Below are positions 19,295 through 28,033 of a DNA stretch of 64,000 bases, in pieces. The translations under genes were made by a program, and so were the position numbers. The notes under the pieces were generated by a model that ran no database searches, was not told the origin of the DNA, and was given only the letters and a program-made list of their open reading frames with translations. Location: NCBI GenBank assembly GCA_002331495.1, contig DCYR01000007.1, positions 29,689 through 93,688 on the forward strand. The letters run 5' to 3'. The first letter of the stretch is position 1. The number at the start of each line of letters is the position of its first letter. Source of the DNA: Patescibacteria group bacterium UBA2105 (GTDB lineage Bacteria > Patescibacteriota > Minisyncoccia > Phycocordibacterales > UBA2100).

Positions 19295-21223
19295 CTACTC
19301 TAAAACACCTCGAATCCTACGTACTTCGGCCGAGCTAGCTTTCTCTTTTTTGATTCTAAAAACGCCTTGTATCTCTCCAGTGTTCGATACATGAGGGCCT
19401 CCACAAAACTCAAGTGAAAATGATTCATCCAGTCTAGGGTCGTCCGGGCTTGCCCCCGCTGGTCCGATCGAGTATACGTTAACGATATCAGGATATTTTT
19501 GTCCGAATTCCTGTTCGGCTCCAAGAGCTTCGGCTTCCCGCCTGGGGAGTGTCGTTTTGAGAACGGGGAGTTTGGCCTGGATCTGATCGTTCACTATCCG
19601 TTCCACCTCAGCTTTCTGCTCATCCGAAAGTTTTTCATGATGTGAAAAGTCGATGCGCAAGCGTTCCCCAGTAATATTGGACCCTCGCTGTTTGACGTGG
19701 CCCCCAAGCACAATTTGCAAAGCTTTCAGGAGCAAGTGGTGTGCAGTATGAAGTTGAGTTGTGGCGTTTGAGTGGTCGGCAAGTCCGCCCTTGAACTTTT
19801 GTTCAGCACCGGCACGACTTTTCGCTTTGTGCTCCAGTATAAGAGCTTCTACTTCCTTCCACTCTGTCTTGGTTCCATGTTCTTCCAAAATTTCCGCGAC
19901 AAGCTCCTTCGGAAAGCCGTCAGAGGTAATAACTTCAAAAACCTCGTTAGCCGGAATTGCTTTTTCGAATTCTTTTTGATTCCCAACCTCTCCCTCGTGC
20001 TTCAGCATCACCTTCTCCAGCTTCGATAGACCTCGTTTTAATGTCGCTCTAAAACGAGCCTCCTCATCCCCCACGGCTCTTTCAATCTCTGTGCGCCGCT
20101 CTTCCAATTCTGGATAGTGGTCTTTATAGGTGTCAGTGATGATGGCCACCGCCTCAACGAGCGTTCCCTCTTGTATGCCGAGCGTGTCAGCGTACTGAAC
20201 GCTGCGACGAAGCAAGCGGCGTGCAAAGTAGCCCTGCTCCGTGTTTGAGGGCCTTACGCCGTCACTGATCATGAACACGGCTCCTCGTAAATGATCTGCA
20301 ATTATGCGAAAACTTTTCAAATCATCCTTGTAGTACTTGTTACTCGCCTCTTCAAGATGTTTGATAACGTTGCTAAGGGAGTCCACGGCCAAAAACATAT
20401 CTGATTCGTTCGCTGAGGCGGCGGCAATACGCTCAAGACCACCACCAAAATCAACATTTTTCTGCGCTAGTTTCTCAAAGCCTTTGCCGGTCTTCGTGTA
20501 CTCCATAAAAACAGAGTTCCCTATCTCAAGGAAACGCCCACAGTCGCAGTTAGGGTGACAGTGTTCACCCCACGACGAGTCGTGTTCAGTTTCAAAGTCA
20601 TAAAACACTTCTGAGTCTGGCCCGCCGGGTTCTCCAACTGGCATATTATCAGGTACTCCTGATCGACTCCACCAGTTTTTCTTAGCGTCATAGCTAAAAA
20701 TGCGGGCTCCATCTTCCATTCCCTTCTTATACCCGTTCTCCTCTGAACCTACTTCCTGAAACCCATTTGAAATTCCAGTCTCACCAAAAAGTCGCCTCCA
20801 GATCTCAATGGATTCTTCGTCGCGTGGCACGCCTATATCTTCTGCACCGTCAAATACCGTTACGTAGAGTTTGTTTGGATCGAGACCAACTTCTTTTGTT
20901 AGAAATTCGAAAAACCATGGCAATTGCTCTTGCTTGAAGTAGTCTCCGAGCGACCAGTTTCCAAGCATTTCAAAAAAAGTGGTGTGACGGTTGTCCCCCA
21001 CCTCTTCGATATCTTCAGCACGAAATGATTTTTGAGAGTCTGTGAGACGGGTGCCCTTAGGATGCCGCTCACCCAAAAGGTAGGGCAGTAATGGTTGCAT
21101 TCCCGATCCAGTAAAGAGCGTGGTCGGATCGTTCTCGGGAACGAGTGACGCTGAAGGAATAGCCGCGTGACCTCTCGCCACAAAAAAGTCTAGATATTTT
21201 TTCCGAAGTGCCTGAGTGTCCAT
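19295..21223 (-). CDS. alaS: Alanine-tRNA ligase, short form lacking the C-Ala domain
   Basis: DPTTLFTGSGMQP, HTTFFEMLGNWSLGDYFK, DFGGGLER, editing HTAHHLL and EFCGGPH; protein ends just after VRRI. Confidence 0.96.
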   Translation of the reverse strand: MDTQALRKKYLDFFVARGHAAIPSASLVPENDPTTLFTGSGMQPLLPYLLGERHPKGTRLTDSQKSFRAEDIEEVGDNRHTTFFEMLGNWSLGDYFKQEQLPWFFEFLTKEVGLDPNKLYVTVFDGAEDIGVPRDEESIEIWRRLFGETGISNGFQEVGSEENGYKKGMEDGARIFSYDAKKNWWSRSGVPDNMPVGEPGGPDSEVFYDFETEHDSSWGEHCHPNCDCGRFLEIGNSVFMEYTKTGKGFEKLAQKNVDFGGGLERIAAASANESDMFLAVDSLSNVIKHLEEASNKYYKDDLKSFRIIADHLRGAVFMISDGVRPSNTEQGYFARRLLRRSVQYADTLGIQEGTLVEAVAIITDTYKDHYPELEERRTEIERAVGDEEARFRATLKRGLSKLEKVMLKHEGEVGNQKEFEKAIPANEVFEVITSDGFPKELVAEILEEHGTKTEWKEVEALILEHKAKSRAGAEQKFKGGLADHSNATTQLHTAHHLLLKALQIVLGGHVKQRGSNITGERLRIDFSHHEKLSDEQKAEVERIVNDQIQAKLPVLKTTLPRREAEALGAEQEFGQKYPDIVNVYSIGPAGASPDDPRLDESFSLEFCGGPHVSNTGEIQGVFRIKKEKASSAEVRRIRGVLE

Positions 21224-21234
21224 GCTCGAGCAAC

Positions 21235-21456
21235 CTAAAAGAATCCGAAGTGAGCAAGTTCGAGAAGGTATCCAACAAACATCAACGCGATGGCAAATAT
21301 AGCCATCATTTGTTCTCGATGCATTTCCATAAGCACGATACCATCTATGCGCTTCTCTCGAGTTATTTTTCGATGCACCATAATAACTGCAACGCCAAGC
21401 AGCGCTTTCCCTAGGAAGCTAAGTGTTAAACCCCAAAACAGCATAAAATCTAGCAT
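21235..21456 (-). CDS. Small two-TM membrane protein
   Basis: 73-aa ORF with two hydrophobic stretches; alternative start 21444 lies 7 nt after TATGCT. Confidence 0.6.
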   Translation of the reverse strand: MLDFMLFWGLTLSFLGKALLGVAVIMVHRKITREKRIDGIVLMEMHREQMMAIFAIALMFVGYLLELAHFGFF

Positions 21457-21484
21457 ACCACTTTTGTTAATTTGAGCAAAAGAT

Positions 21485-21581
21485 GTATGCCCCGTTCCAC
21501 AACTTCAAATGTACTCCGCACTCAAGACACAACTTTTTTCGCACACACGGTAGTGGTTTGAAGTTGTGGAACGGGGTATGC
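21485..21581. repeat. Palindromic MITE-like element, family A copy 1
   Basis: Perfect 20-bp inverted repeat CCCCGTTCCACAACTTCAAA (21490-21509) / TTTGAAGTTGTGGAACGGGG (21557-21576); GTATGC directly repeated at both ends. Confidence 0.75.
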
Positions 21582-21592
21582 TAGCTAGCACG

Positions 21593-22864
21593 ATGAAATT
21601 TGAAATATATACTTTAAAGAATGGCATGAGGGTACTCCTTGCCCCCAGCTCGGCGGCTGAATCAGTGACTGTTATGATTATGACAGGCACGGGCTCTCGC
21701 CATGAAAATAAAGCGGAAAATGGCATGGCCCACTTCCTCGAACATATGTTGTTCAAGGGTACCAAGAAACGTAAGACTGCCAGGGCGATTTCCGAAGAGC
21801 TTGATGGAGTTGGCGGTCAGTTCAATGCGTTTACTGGGAAAGATCACACGGCATATTATGCAAAAGTAGATAAACGTCACTTTCAGACAGCATTAGAAGT
21901 AATTTCGGATATATTTCTAAACCCCACGTTGCCTGCGACAGAAATAGAAAAAGAGCGTGGAGCAATCATTGAAGAGATAAACATGTACGAAGATATGCCA
22001 ATTCGCTCGGTTCTCAACGAGGCAGACAAGACACTTTTTGGTGATGATACCCCGATGGGCAGAACGATTCTGGGGCCAAAGAAAAATATCTCCTCGTTTA
22101 CTCGGGAAGAATTTCTCGCGTACTTGAATCGCAACTACGTGGCAAGTAATTCGGCGCTCTGCATAACAGGCTCTTTCTCAAAGACTAAGGCACTTAAGGA
22201 AGCACGTAGGATCTTCGCCACCATGCGTACGGGAGATACTCCGGTACACGTTCCCCACACACACGACCAGAAAGAACCACGGGTCAAAGTAAAGTATAAA
22301 AAAACTGACCAAACACACTTTGTACTCAGTGTCCCTTCATTTCCTCTTAATCACAAAGACGAGTTTGTTGCTGAAGTGCTGGCGGCAGTTTTAGGGGGTG
22401 GAATGTCCAGTCGCCTTTTTACTGAGATTCGTGATAATAGAGGGCTTGCTTACTACGTTAAGGCGGATAATGACGCATACGATGATATAGGTGTACTCTA
22501 CATGAGGGCAGGAGTTGCTAATGAAAAAACGGAAAAGGCAGTCGAACTTGTCGTCAAGGAAATGCGAAAATTAGCCAACACAGCTATTTCCACCCCGGAA
22601 CTTAAAAAGGCAAAAGAGTACTTGAAAGGAACGGCAGCATTGTCACTCGAAACTACCGATGCGCAGGCAGATTACATCGGATATGCGGTACTCGTTCGAA
22701 GAAGTGTTCATGGTTTAGAGGAGTTTAACCGTAAGGTAGATGCAGTGACGGCACGACAGATTTACGTTGTGGCAAAAAAGCTATTTACTACAGACAAACT
22801 CAACCTCACGATAGTCGGGCCGCACAAAGACGAGGCGAAATTCAAAAGACTTCTCAAAATCTAG
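21593..22864 (+). CDS. M16-family zinc peptidase
   Basis: GMAHFLEHMLFKGT (HXXEH), NAFT, LGGGMSSRLF.EIR..RGLAYYV. Confidence 0.94.
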   Translation: MKFEIYTLKNGMRVLLAPSSAAESVTVMIMTGTGSRHENKAENGMAHFLEHMLFKGTKKRKTARAISEELDGVGGQFNAFTGKDHTAYYAKVDKRHFQTALEVISDIFLNPTLPATEIEKERGAIIEEINMYEDMPIRSVLNEADKTLFGDDTPMGRTILGPKKNISSFTREEFLAYLNRNYVASNSALCITGSFSKTKALKEARRIFATMRTGDTPVHVPHTHDQKEPRVKVKYKKTDQTHFVLSVPSFPLNHKDEFVAEVLAAVLGGGMSSRLFTEIRDNRGLAYYVKADNDAYDDIGVLYMRAGVANEKTEKAVELVVKEMRKLANTAISTPELKKAKEYLKGTAALSLETTDAQADYIGYAVLVRRSVHGLEEFNRKVDAVTARQIYVVAKKLFTTDKLNLTIVGPHKDEAKFKRLLKI

Positions 22865-22882
22865 GCTTAAAGTAGCTATAAC

Positions 22883-22902
22883 TGTATCAATTAACTGATA
22901 CA
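22883..22902. promoter_or_regulatory. Palindromic site downstream of the TrpR-like gene
   Basis: TGTATCAATTAACTGATACA; its reverse complement matches 23356-23375 at 19 of 20 positions. Confidence 0.65.
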
Positions 22903-22907
22903 GGAAC

Positions 22908-23345
22908 TCACTTACCGCCCGACCGAAATGCATCAGCACTACGTTGCATTTGCTCACGTAATCTCTTCTGTGGATTGGGGGCTATTCCGCCGACGGTTAC
23001 TATATTTTCCAGCATACCTAAAAAACTTTCGCGGTACTTTTTGCGTTTGAAAATATTTGATACGTGTACAAACTTTTCGTGGTTCAGCTGTTCTGATAGT
23101 TTGAAAACTGTTGCAGTACTCACCTTGAGGGTCGAGCTGATGGTCCGAATAGAACTACCGTACGTAAGCATACTCATAATTCCAACTCGCTTAGCCAACA
23201 TTAAGCGCTCCGTAGGCGTAAGTATCTCAAACAACGTTTTAGAAAAGTCGCTTTTCCGTGTATTTGCCAGGAACAGGCTTGCCAATTGGTCGTATATTTG
23301 GGCAGTTATCTGTGGTGATACTTTATTTTTTGAGACGTGAACCAT
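22908..23345 (-). CDS. TrpR/YerC-like helix-turn-helix protein
   Basis: ILTPTERLMLAKRVGIMSML..GSSIRTISSTLKVSTATVFK matches the TrpR-family LT..E...L..R plus HTH (S.ATV.) pattern. Confidence 0.8.
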   Translation of the reverse strand: MVHVSKNKVSPQITAQIYDQLASLFLANTRKSDFSKTLFEILTPTERLMLAKRVGIMSMLTYGSSIRTISSTLKVSTATVFKLSEQLNHEKFVHVSNIFKRKKYRESFLGMLENIVTVGGIAPNPQKRLREQMQRSADAFRSGGK

Positions 23346-23355
23346 GTCTACGTAG

Positions 23356-23375
23356 TGTATCAGTTAATTGACACA
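23356..23375. promoter_or_regulatory. Palindromic operator overlapping the promoter of the TrpR-like gene
   Basis: TGTATCAGTTAATTGACACA overlaps the minus-strand -10 TACACT (23354-23359). Confidence 0.65.
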
Positions 23376-23434
23376 TGAGAGAAGTCCTCTAAAGGGAATA
23401 GTATGTGGAACGGTGCGACAGTATGAGGAGGCGC

Positions 23435-23845
23435 TCATTCGTTTTCAGGGTGCAGCAACTGCTTACCCTGCCCGGAAAACTTTGTTGCAAATACGTCGAT
23501 GGCAACTCCGTAGATTGCTCCTGAGAGAATAACCATCCAGAATAATCCCCATGTAGCAGTGTCGTCAAAGAACACTGACGCGGCGAGTGATAGCGAGACC
23601 CAGATTCCAACAAATGCGCCGCGGATCGGAAACATTTTGAAGTTCAGAAGTGGATGAATTGTTACTATGCCGACGATCGCGACGAAAAAACCAATTGCAG
23701 CGCGGTTGAGGAACACATACCAGAACATTGGTCCATCAAGATCCCATGCATTTGAGACGGTGGCGCTCGAGAGCCACACATCTACCAACGCGATACCGAA
23801 ACCGGCACCAAGAGCTAATAACATCCGTTTAACCATTAGAGGCAT
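23435..23845 (-). CDS. Hypothetical four-TM membrane protein
   Basis: 136 aa with four hydrophobic helices, packed in an operon. Confidence 0.7.
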   Translation of the reverse strand: MPLMVKRMLLALGAGFGIALVDVWLSSATVSNAWDLDGPMFWYVFLNRAAIGFFVAIVGIVTIHPLLNFKMFPIRGAFVGIWVSLSLAASVFFDDTATWGLFWMVILSGAIYGVAIDVFATKFSGQGKQLLHPENE

Positions 23846-23854
23846 ATAAAATTA

Positions 23855-24124
23855 TTACATTGCTAATACTCCTTCTTGTTTAAGAATAGCCCTTTTTTTC
23901 TTCGCGCCGCCACGATTGTATTCGCCCACCGACCCATCGGACTTCACCACGCGATGGCATGGCACGTCTGTAAGATAGTTGTTCCTCATTATAGTTCCGA
24001 CTGCCCGTGCAGCTCCCGGTGATCCAGCAGCCGTGGCAACCTCCGTGTATGATCGAGTCTCGCCCTTGGGTATATTTCGTACCACGTTTTGGACACGTTC
24101 TGAGAAGGTAGTCGCTTTCTTCAT
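23855..24124 (-). CDS. O6-alkylguanine-DNA alkyltransferase (single-domain MGMT/Ogt)
   Basis: IPKGETRSY.EVA..AG.P.AARAVG and the active-site VPCHRVV. Confidence 0.9.
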   Translation of the reverse strand: MKKATTFSERVQNVVRNIPKGETRSYTEVATAAGSPGAARAVGTIMRNNYLTDVPCHRVVKSDGSVGEYNRGGAKKKRAILKQEGVLAM

Positions 24125-24125
24125 A

Positions 24126-24959
24126 TTAAAACAGTGTATCATTTTTACCGCCAATTTTTGAGTTGGACATATCAGGTGGCGTTTTTAGATGCACCTGATC
24201 CTCCTTATTCTTTCGGAGAGCCTGCCCAGCTGCTTCACGATAGCGGCAGTAATCGCAGTCGTCGACCGCCTTAGGCGCACGCGGATCGTCGAGACATGAT
24301 TTTATGCTTGCTAGCACCCCTTCCACCCAAGAATCATCACCGTTATAGGGAATGAGCGTCACTTCAAAGTCGAGCCGATTATCAAACATTTCCTTGTCCC
24401 TTCCGGCATTGGCATAGACAAAGTACCCGGTGTCTGAAACATTAAGCTCCTTTTGGCGTAAAAGCCATTGGTACACTTCCATTTGTCGCTTATAGCCGTC
24501 ATGCCAGTCTTGGTCGAGAGCTTCGATGCGAGCGTCTTTACTCGTAGATTTGTAGTCAACAACGTGCAACTCTCCCCTTGAGTTTATCCATATATCGTCA
24601 ACTGCGCCAGAAACAGTGAAGCCAGTCGGTTCGTGGCTTACCTGGATACCTTTAAAGTTTTCACGCCATTCGTCGATGTCTTTGTGCTGAAACGGGACTG
24701 CGTCAATTTTGTACCCCACCATTAATGGGTGTGGCGTTTGTGCCTTGCGGTGGACATCAAATTCTTTTTTAAAAAGTTCGTCGACTGCAGAATTAAGATT
24801 GAATGGGAAGCCGGGTGGGCGCGCCGTCCCCAGTTTGTTATCTACATAAAAACAACGCGGGCACTCCACGAAGAGATCAATCTTTGATCTGGAAAGCCGC
24901 CAACGAGGGCCGCCATAATTCCATCCTGAGTTTCGGTTAGGTTTGTAGTACTGCGACAT
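24126..24959 (-). CDS. PD-(D/E)XK nuclease (AddB/Cas4-like superfamily)
   Basis: LSRSKI..F.ECPRCFY, GAVDDIW, VVDYKST, QMEVY, CDYC. Confidence 0.85.
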   Translation of the reverse strand: MSQYYKPNRNSGWNYGGPRWRLSRSKIDLFVECPRCFYVDNKLGTARPPGFPFNLNSAVDELFKKEFDVHRKAQTPHPLMVGYKIDAVPFQHKDIDEWRENFKGIQVSHEPTGFTVSGAVDDIWINSRGELHVVDYKSTSKDARIEALDQDWHDGYKRQMEVYQWLLRQKELNVSDTGYFVYANAGRDKEMFDNRLDFEVTLIPYNGDDSWVEGVLASIKSCLDDPRAPKAVDDCDYCRYREAAGQALRKNKEDQVHLKTPPDMSNSKIGGKNDTLF

Positions 24960-24982
24960 CGCGTCAGTATATCACACCGCAA

Positions 24983-25498
24983 TCACTCGTCGTCTAGTTG
25001 AGACGAGGACGTATGGTCCTTGTTGACAACGGGTTCAACGTTATGGCGTCCGAAGTATAGCTTCAAGTTTGCCTCGATGAACCATACTGCGGTGAAAATT
25101 AAAAGGGTAAGCAAGGTAGTGAACGTGGCGATGTAGTACAGGCCAAATCCAACCGCTGCACCAACTCCCGCTGCTACCCACATTCCCGCCGCCGTCGTAA
25201 GACCGCGCATAAGATTTTGGCGGAACATTATTAACCCAGCCCCGATGAACCCTATTCCAGATATTATTGCTGCGGGCACGCGCATGGGGTCAAAATTCAC
25301 CTTGCCAAAGTACTGGGTGGTGATGAGTACGGACACTACCACAAACAAGCATGCTCCTAGCGATACGAGCGCGAATGTCCGCATCCCGGCACTTTTTCCC
25401 GCAATAGAACGCTCCGCTCCAAGCAGTAGTCCCAGGAATGCAGCCAGGGAAAGCTGTAAAAATGTCGTAGCCAGAGTTGGGTCAAATTCAAAAAACAT
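24983..25498 (-). CDS. MgtC/SapB-family membrane protein
   Basis: GAER..GKSAGMRTFALVSLGA, DPMRV...IISGIGFIGAG, GLTTAAGMW. Confidence 0.93.
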   Translation of the reverse strand: MFFEFDPTLATTFLQLSLAAFLGLLLGAERSIAGKSAGMRTFALVSLGACLFVVVSVLITTQYFGKVNFDPMRVPAAIISGIGFIGAGLIMFRQNLMRGLTTAAGMWVAAGVGAAVGFGLYYIATFTTLLTLLIFTAVWFIEANLKLYFGRHNVEPVVNKDHTSSSQLDDE

Positions 25499-25503
25499 AC
25501 TCG

Positions 25504-26013
25504 TTACTGAACAAGAAACGACCTGGTAATGGGATATTCCGCATTGTCGCGCAAAGGAAAGTCATCACGTAAGCTAAATTGCTTGTCGCCATTGTCGCTG
25601 TAGAGAACTACCCAATAGCGTAAATTTGCGATCGTACTGCGCAAAAGGGGAACCTCTATGTTTTGATACGTTCCGGCATTTCGTCGTACTGCCCCGAGAG
25701 CATTGCCGATCAGCCCGTTGTTTTCTTCGTGGATCACTATCCAACCATCTGAGCTGAGTGTGGCAGATGCAACAGCAACTCGCTCCCCAGCGATCTGGTC
25801 GCGGACTTCAATATTCGTTGACTCCGCAGTGCTCTCAATGTTTCCGCTTACGATCGCATCTGGTGCCTTAGATTCTTGCACAATCAAATTTGCAGGAGCT
25901 GTTGCTTCTGCAGGCACGTCCAAAGCTGGTCGATCGGTGTATGCATTCCACGACCAAACGATTAAGAAACCCACTGCAAAACCACCTATAAAGCTGAAAA
26001 TTGTCTTCACCAT
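25504..26013 (-). CDS. Hypothetical membrane-anchored exported protein
   Basis: N-terminal TM; DQ..G..V.V...GWIVIHE...LYSDNGD..F beta domain, similar to the N-terminal part of 57622..58404. Confidence 0.65.
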   Translation of the reverse strand: MVKTIFSFIGGFAVGFLIVWSWNAYTDRPALDVPAEATAPANLIVQESKAPDAIVSGNIESTAESTNIEVRDQIAGERVAVASATLSSDGWIVIHEENNGLIGNALGAVRRNAGTYQNIEVPLLRSTIANLRYWVVLYSDNGDKQFSLRDDFPLRDNAEYPITRSFLVQ

Positions 26014-26041
26014 ATTCAGTTAGTATTGTAACGCCTAATCA

Positions 26042-26884
26042 TTACTCTGTCATATTTGAATTTTTTGACAACGAACAAAGCTGTTGCACCTCACTTCTCA
26101 CAGCGTCATGTTTTTCACGTGGGATACCGTAGCTGCTTAGCTCGCCGGAGTCCGTTGGTACTTGCCTGCAAAGTACCACATTTGCATCAAGCATCTCCTT
26201 TTTTTCACTGTCCGAGAGTGTTGTAAGAGCGGTAACTGGATGCACTCCTGCCTCGTCAATCAAAACCTCGAGCCCGCGACCCTTCGGATAGTCCCAGCCT
26301 AGCAGATTCATGCCACTGCAGTTGCCGAATCGCGCGGCATTGCGGGTAAAGCGGGTGTTCGTGATGAGCCACCCCTCGTCAACTGATGACCCCTTCCTGG
26401 AGAGGTCATCAAACCGGGACTTCACATAAAGCGCAACCTTGAGGTCAGTTTTTATACCTAGACTGTTGTGGAACTTGACCTCTGCTGCGACTCTCTTGCC
26501 ATCATGGAGAGCCATCACGTCAACCTCGTGTGGGGCGCACAGTCCCTGAGCAGCGACTCCAGTTTCGACATTCGTATAACCGATAGATTGCAGAACATTC
26601 CCTATAAATCTCTCAAAAGGAAACCCTGAGGGACCAAGGTCGAGAACTGCCCGCTTCACTGAATATCTCGCCGCGACCGGTTGTATCTCCTCTTGACGAA
26701 GCAACTCAAATGCATGTTCATAAATTTCCTGCGTGGACATACCGTCACGAAGTTCTGAGACAGTATGGCTGATAATTTTCTCACGAATCTCCTTGGAGGC
26801 ACCGACTCGTTCGAGAGACCTATCTAATTTAGACTCGTTGAACGGCTCTTGCTCACCGTTCATTTTCGTAATCAAGGTAGCCAT
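26042..26884 (-). CDS. ATP-cone domain fused to an Mrr-like restriction endonuclease domain
   Basis: ITKMNGEQEPFNESKL (ATP cone); GFPFERF, HEVDV, AEVKFH, WLITNTRFT. Confidence 0.82.
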   Translation of the reverse strand: MATLITKMNGEQEPFNESKLDRSLERVGASKEIREKIISHTVSELRDGMSTQEIYEHAFELLRQEEIQPVAARYSVKRAVLDLGPSGFPFERFIGNVLQSIGYTNVETGVAAQGLCAPHEVDVMALHDGKRVAAEVKFHNSLGIKTDLKVALYVKSRFDDLSRKGSSVDEGWLITNTRFTRNAARFGNCSGMNLLGWDYPKGRGLEVLIDEAGVHPVTALTTLSDSEKKEMLDANVVLCRQVPTDSGELSSYGIPREKHDAVRSEVQQLCSLSKNSNMTE

Positions 26885-26947
26885 AACATGTGTAATTATA
26901 CGTGAAAGTACCTGCTTGATACACTAACGAACGTGCATAGATGCCTC

Positions 26948-28003
26948 TTAGACCACGATTCCCCCTCCTACACAAACGTCATCATCATAGAGAACAAGTG
27001 ACTGCCCTGGAGCCATCACCACTTTCTCATCTAAGAGGATGCGAGCATTTTTGCTGTCAAAACTCTTGAGCGTGCATGCTATTGGTTTTGCGTGGTAGCG
27101 AATTTCACACGAATAATCCGCACTTTCCTTGAGTGGAATGAGCTGATTAAGCTGCCTCAGCTCAAGCATGTCTGTCGCCTCTTTCGTTTCAAGTTGTTCG
27201 GTTGAGATAGTGATTGTGTTCTTTGGTATGTCTTTTGCAACGACGTAGTGCACCAGGCCCTGTGCGTCTTTGTCCGTTATAGTAAAGCCTCCTCGCTGAC
27301 CTAAAGTCACAAGCTCGGCTCCGTCGTGTGACCCTATCACTTTGCCTTGCTCATCTAAAACATGGCCTGGTTTTGTTTCTATGAAATTTTCCAAGAACGA
27401 GCGCATGTTCACGTCGCCCATAAAGCACAACCCTTGGCTGTCGGGTTTATGTGCGCTCGGAATCCCGTGCTGCCTAGCGTAACTACGGACCTCCTGCTTC
27501 GTCATTTCTCCTATCGGCATAAGCGTATGTCGCAGTTCTTTTTGTGTGAGCTTCCAAAGGAAGTACACTTGGTCTTTACCCCGATCTATACCCCTGAGTA
27601 GCTTAGAAATTCCCCCCTCTTCCCGTATACGAGCGTGATGACCCGTAGCTATTTTGTCAGCCCCCTCTGCTAGCGCGTAGTCTAGAAAAGATCCGAACTT
27701 TATCGTTGAATTACAGAGCACATCAGGGTTAGGGGTCCGGCCAGCTTTGTACTCCTCGACCATCTCGTCGACCACGCTACGTTTGTACTCTTGGGCAAGG
27801 TCAAGGTGTCGAAACGGAATGCCTAGCGAGGCCGCGACACGTTTTGCGGCCTGTTCTTCTTCGTCTTGGTTGCATGCCAAAAAAGCAGGTTGCCAGACAC
27901 GAATAAACACACCGGTCACTTCGTGACCTTCGTTTTTTAGCATGTGGGCGGCAACTGCACTGTCCACCCCACCTGAAACGGCTACGAAAACCTTTTTCTT
28001 CAT
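26948..28003 (-). CDS. mnmA: tRNA 2-thiouridine synthase
   Basis: SGGVDSAV, GRTPNPDVLCN..IKFG, ATGHHA, KDQVYFL, DSQGLCF. Confidence 0.96.
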   Translation of the reverse strand: MKKKVFVAVSGGVDSAVAAHMLKNEGHEVTGVFIRVWQPAFLACNQDEEEQAAKRVAASLGIPFRHLDLAQEYKRSVVDEMVEEYKAGRTPNPDVLCNSTIKFGSFLDYALAEGADKIATGHHARIREEGGISKLLRGIDRGKDQVYFLWKLTQKELRHTLMPIGEMTKQEVRSYARQHGIPSAHKPDSQGLCFMGDVNMRSFLENFIETKPGHVLDEQGKVIGSHDGAELVTLGQRGGFTITDKDAQGLVHYVVAKDIPKNTITISTEQLETKEATDMLELRQLNQLIPLKESADYSCEIRYHAKPIACTLKSFDSKNARILLDEKVVMAPGQSLVLYDDDVCVGGGIVV

Positions 28004-28033
28004 TGTTGTGCGAGCATAAATTGGCCTCGTCCC

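Noticed and set aside
21490-21576. TTCCACA cores as DnaA boxes or oriC
   Set aside because: Only two mismatched copies, no AT-rich unwinding region and no dnaA; better explained by the family A repeat
24126-24959. Cas4-like nuclease as evidence of CRISPR-Cas
   Set aside because: No cas1 or cas2 and no repeat-spacer array seen anywhere in the window
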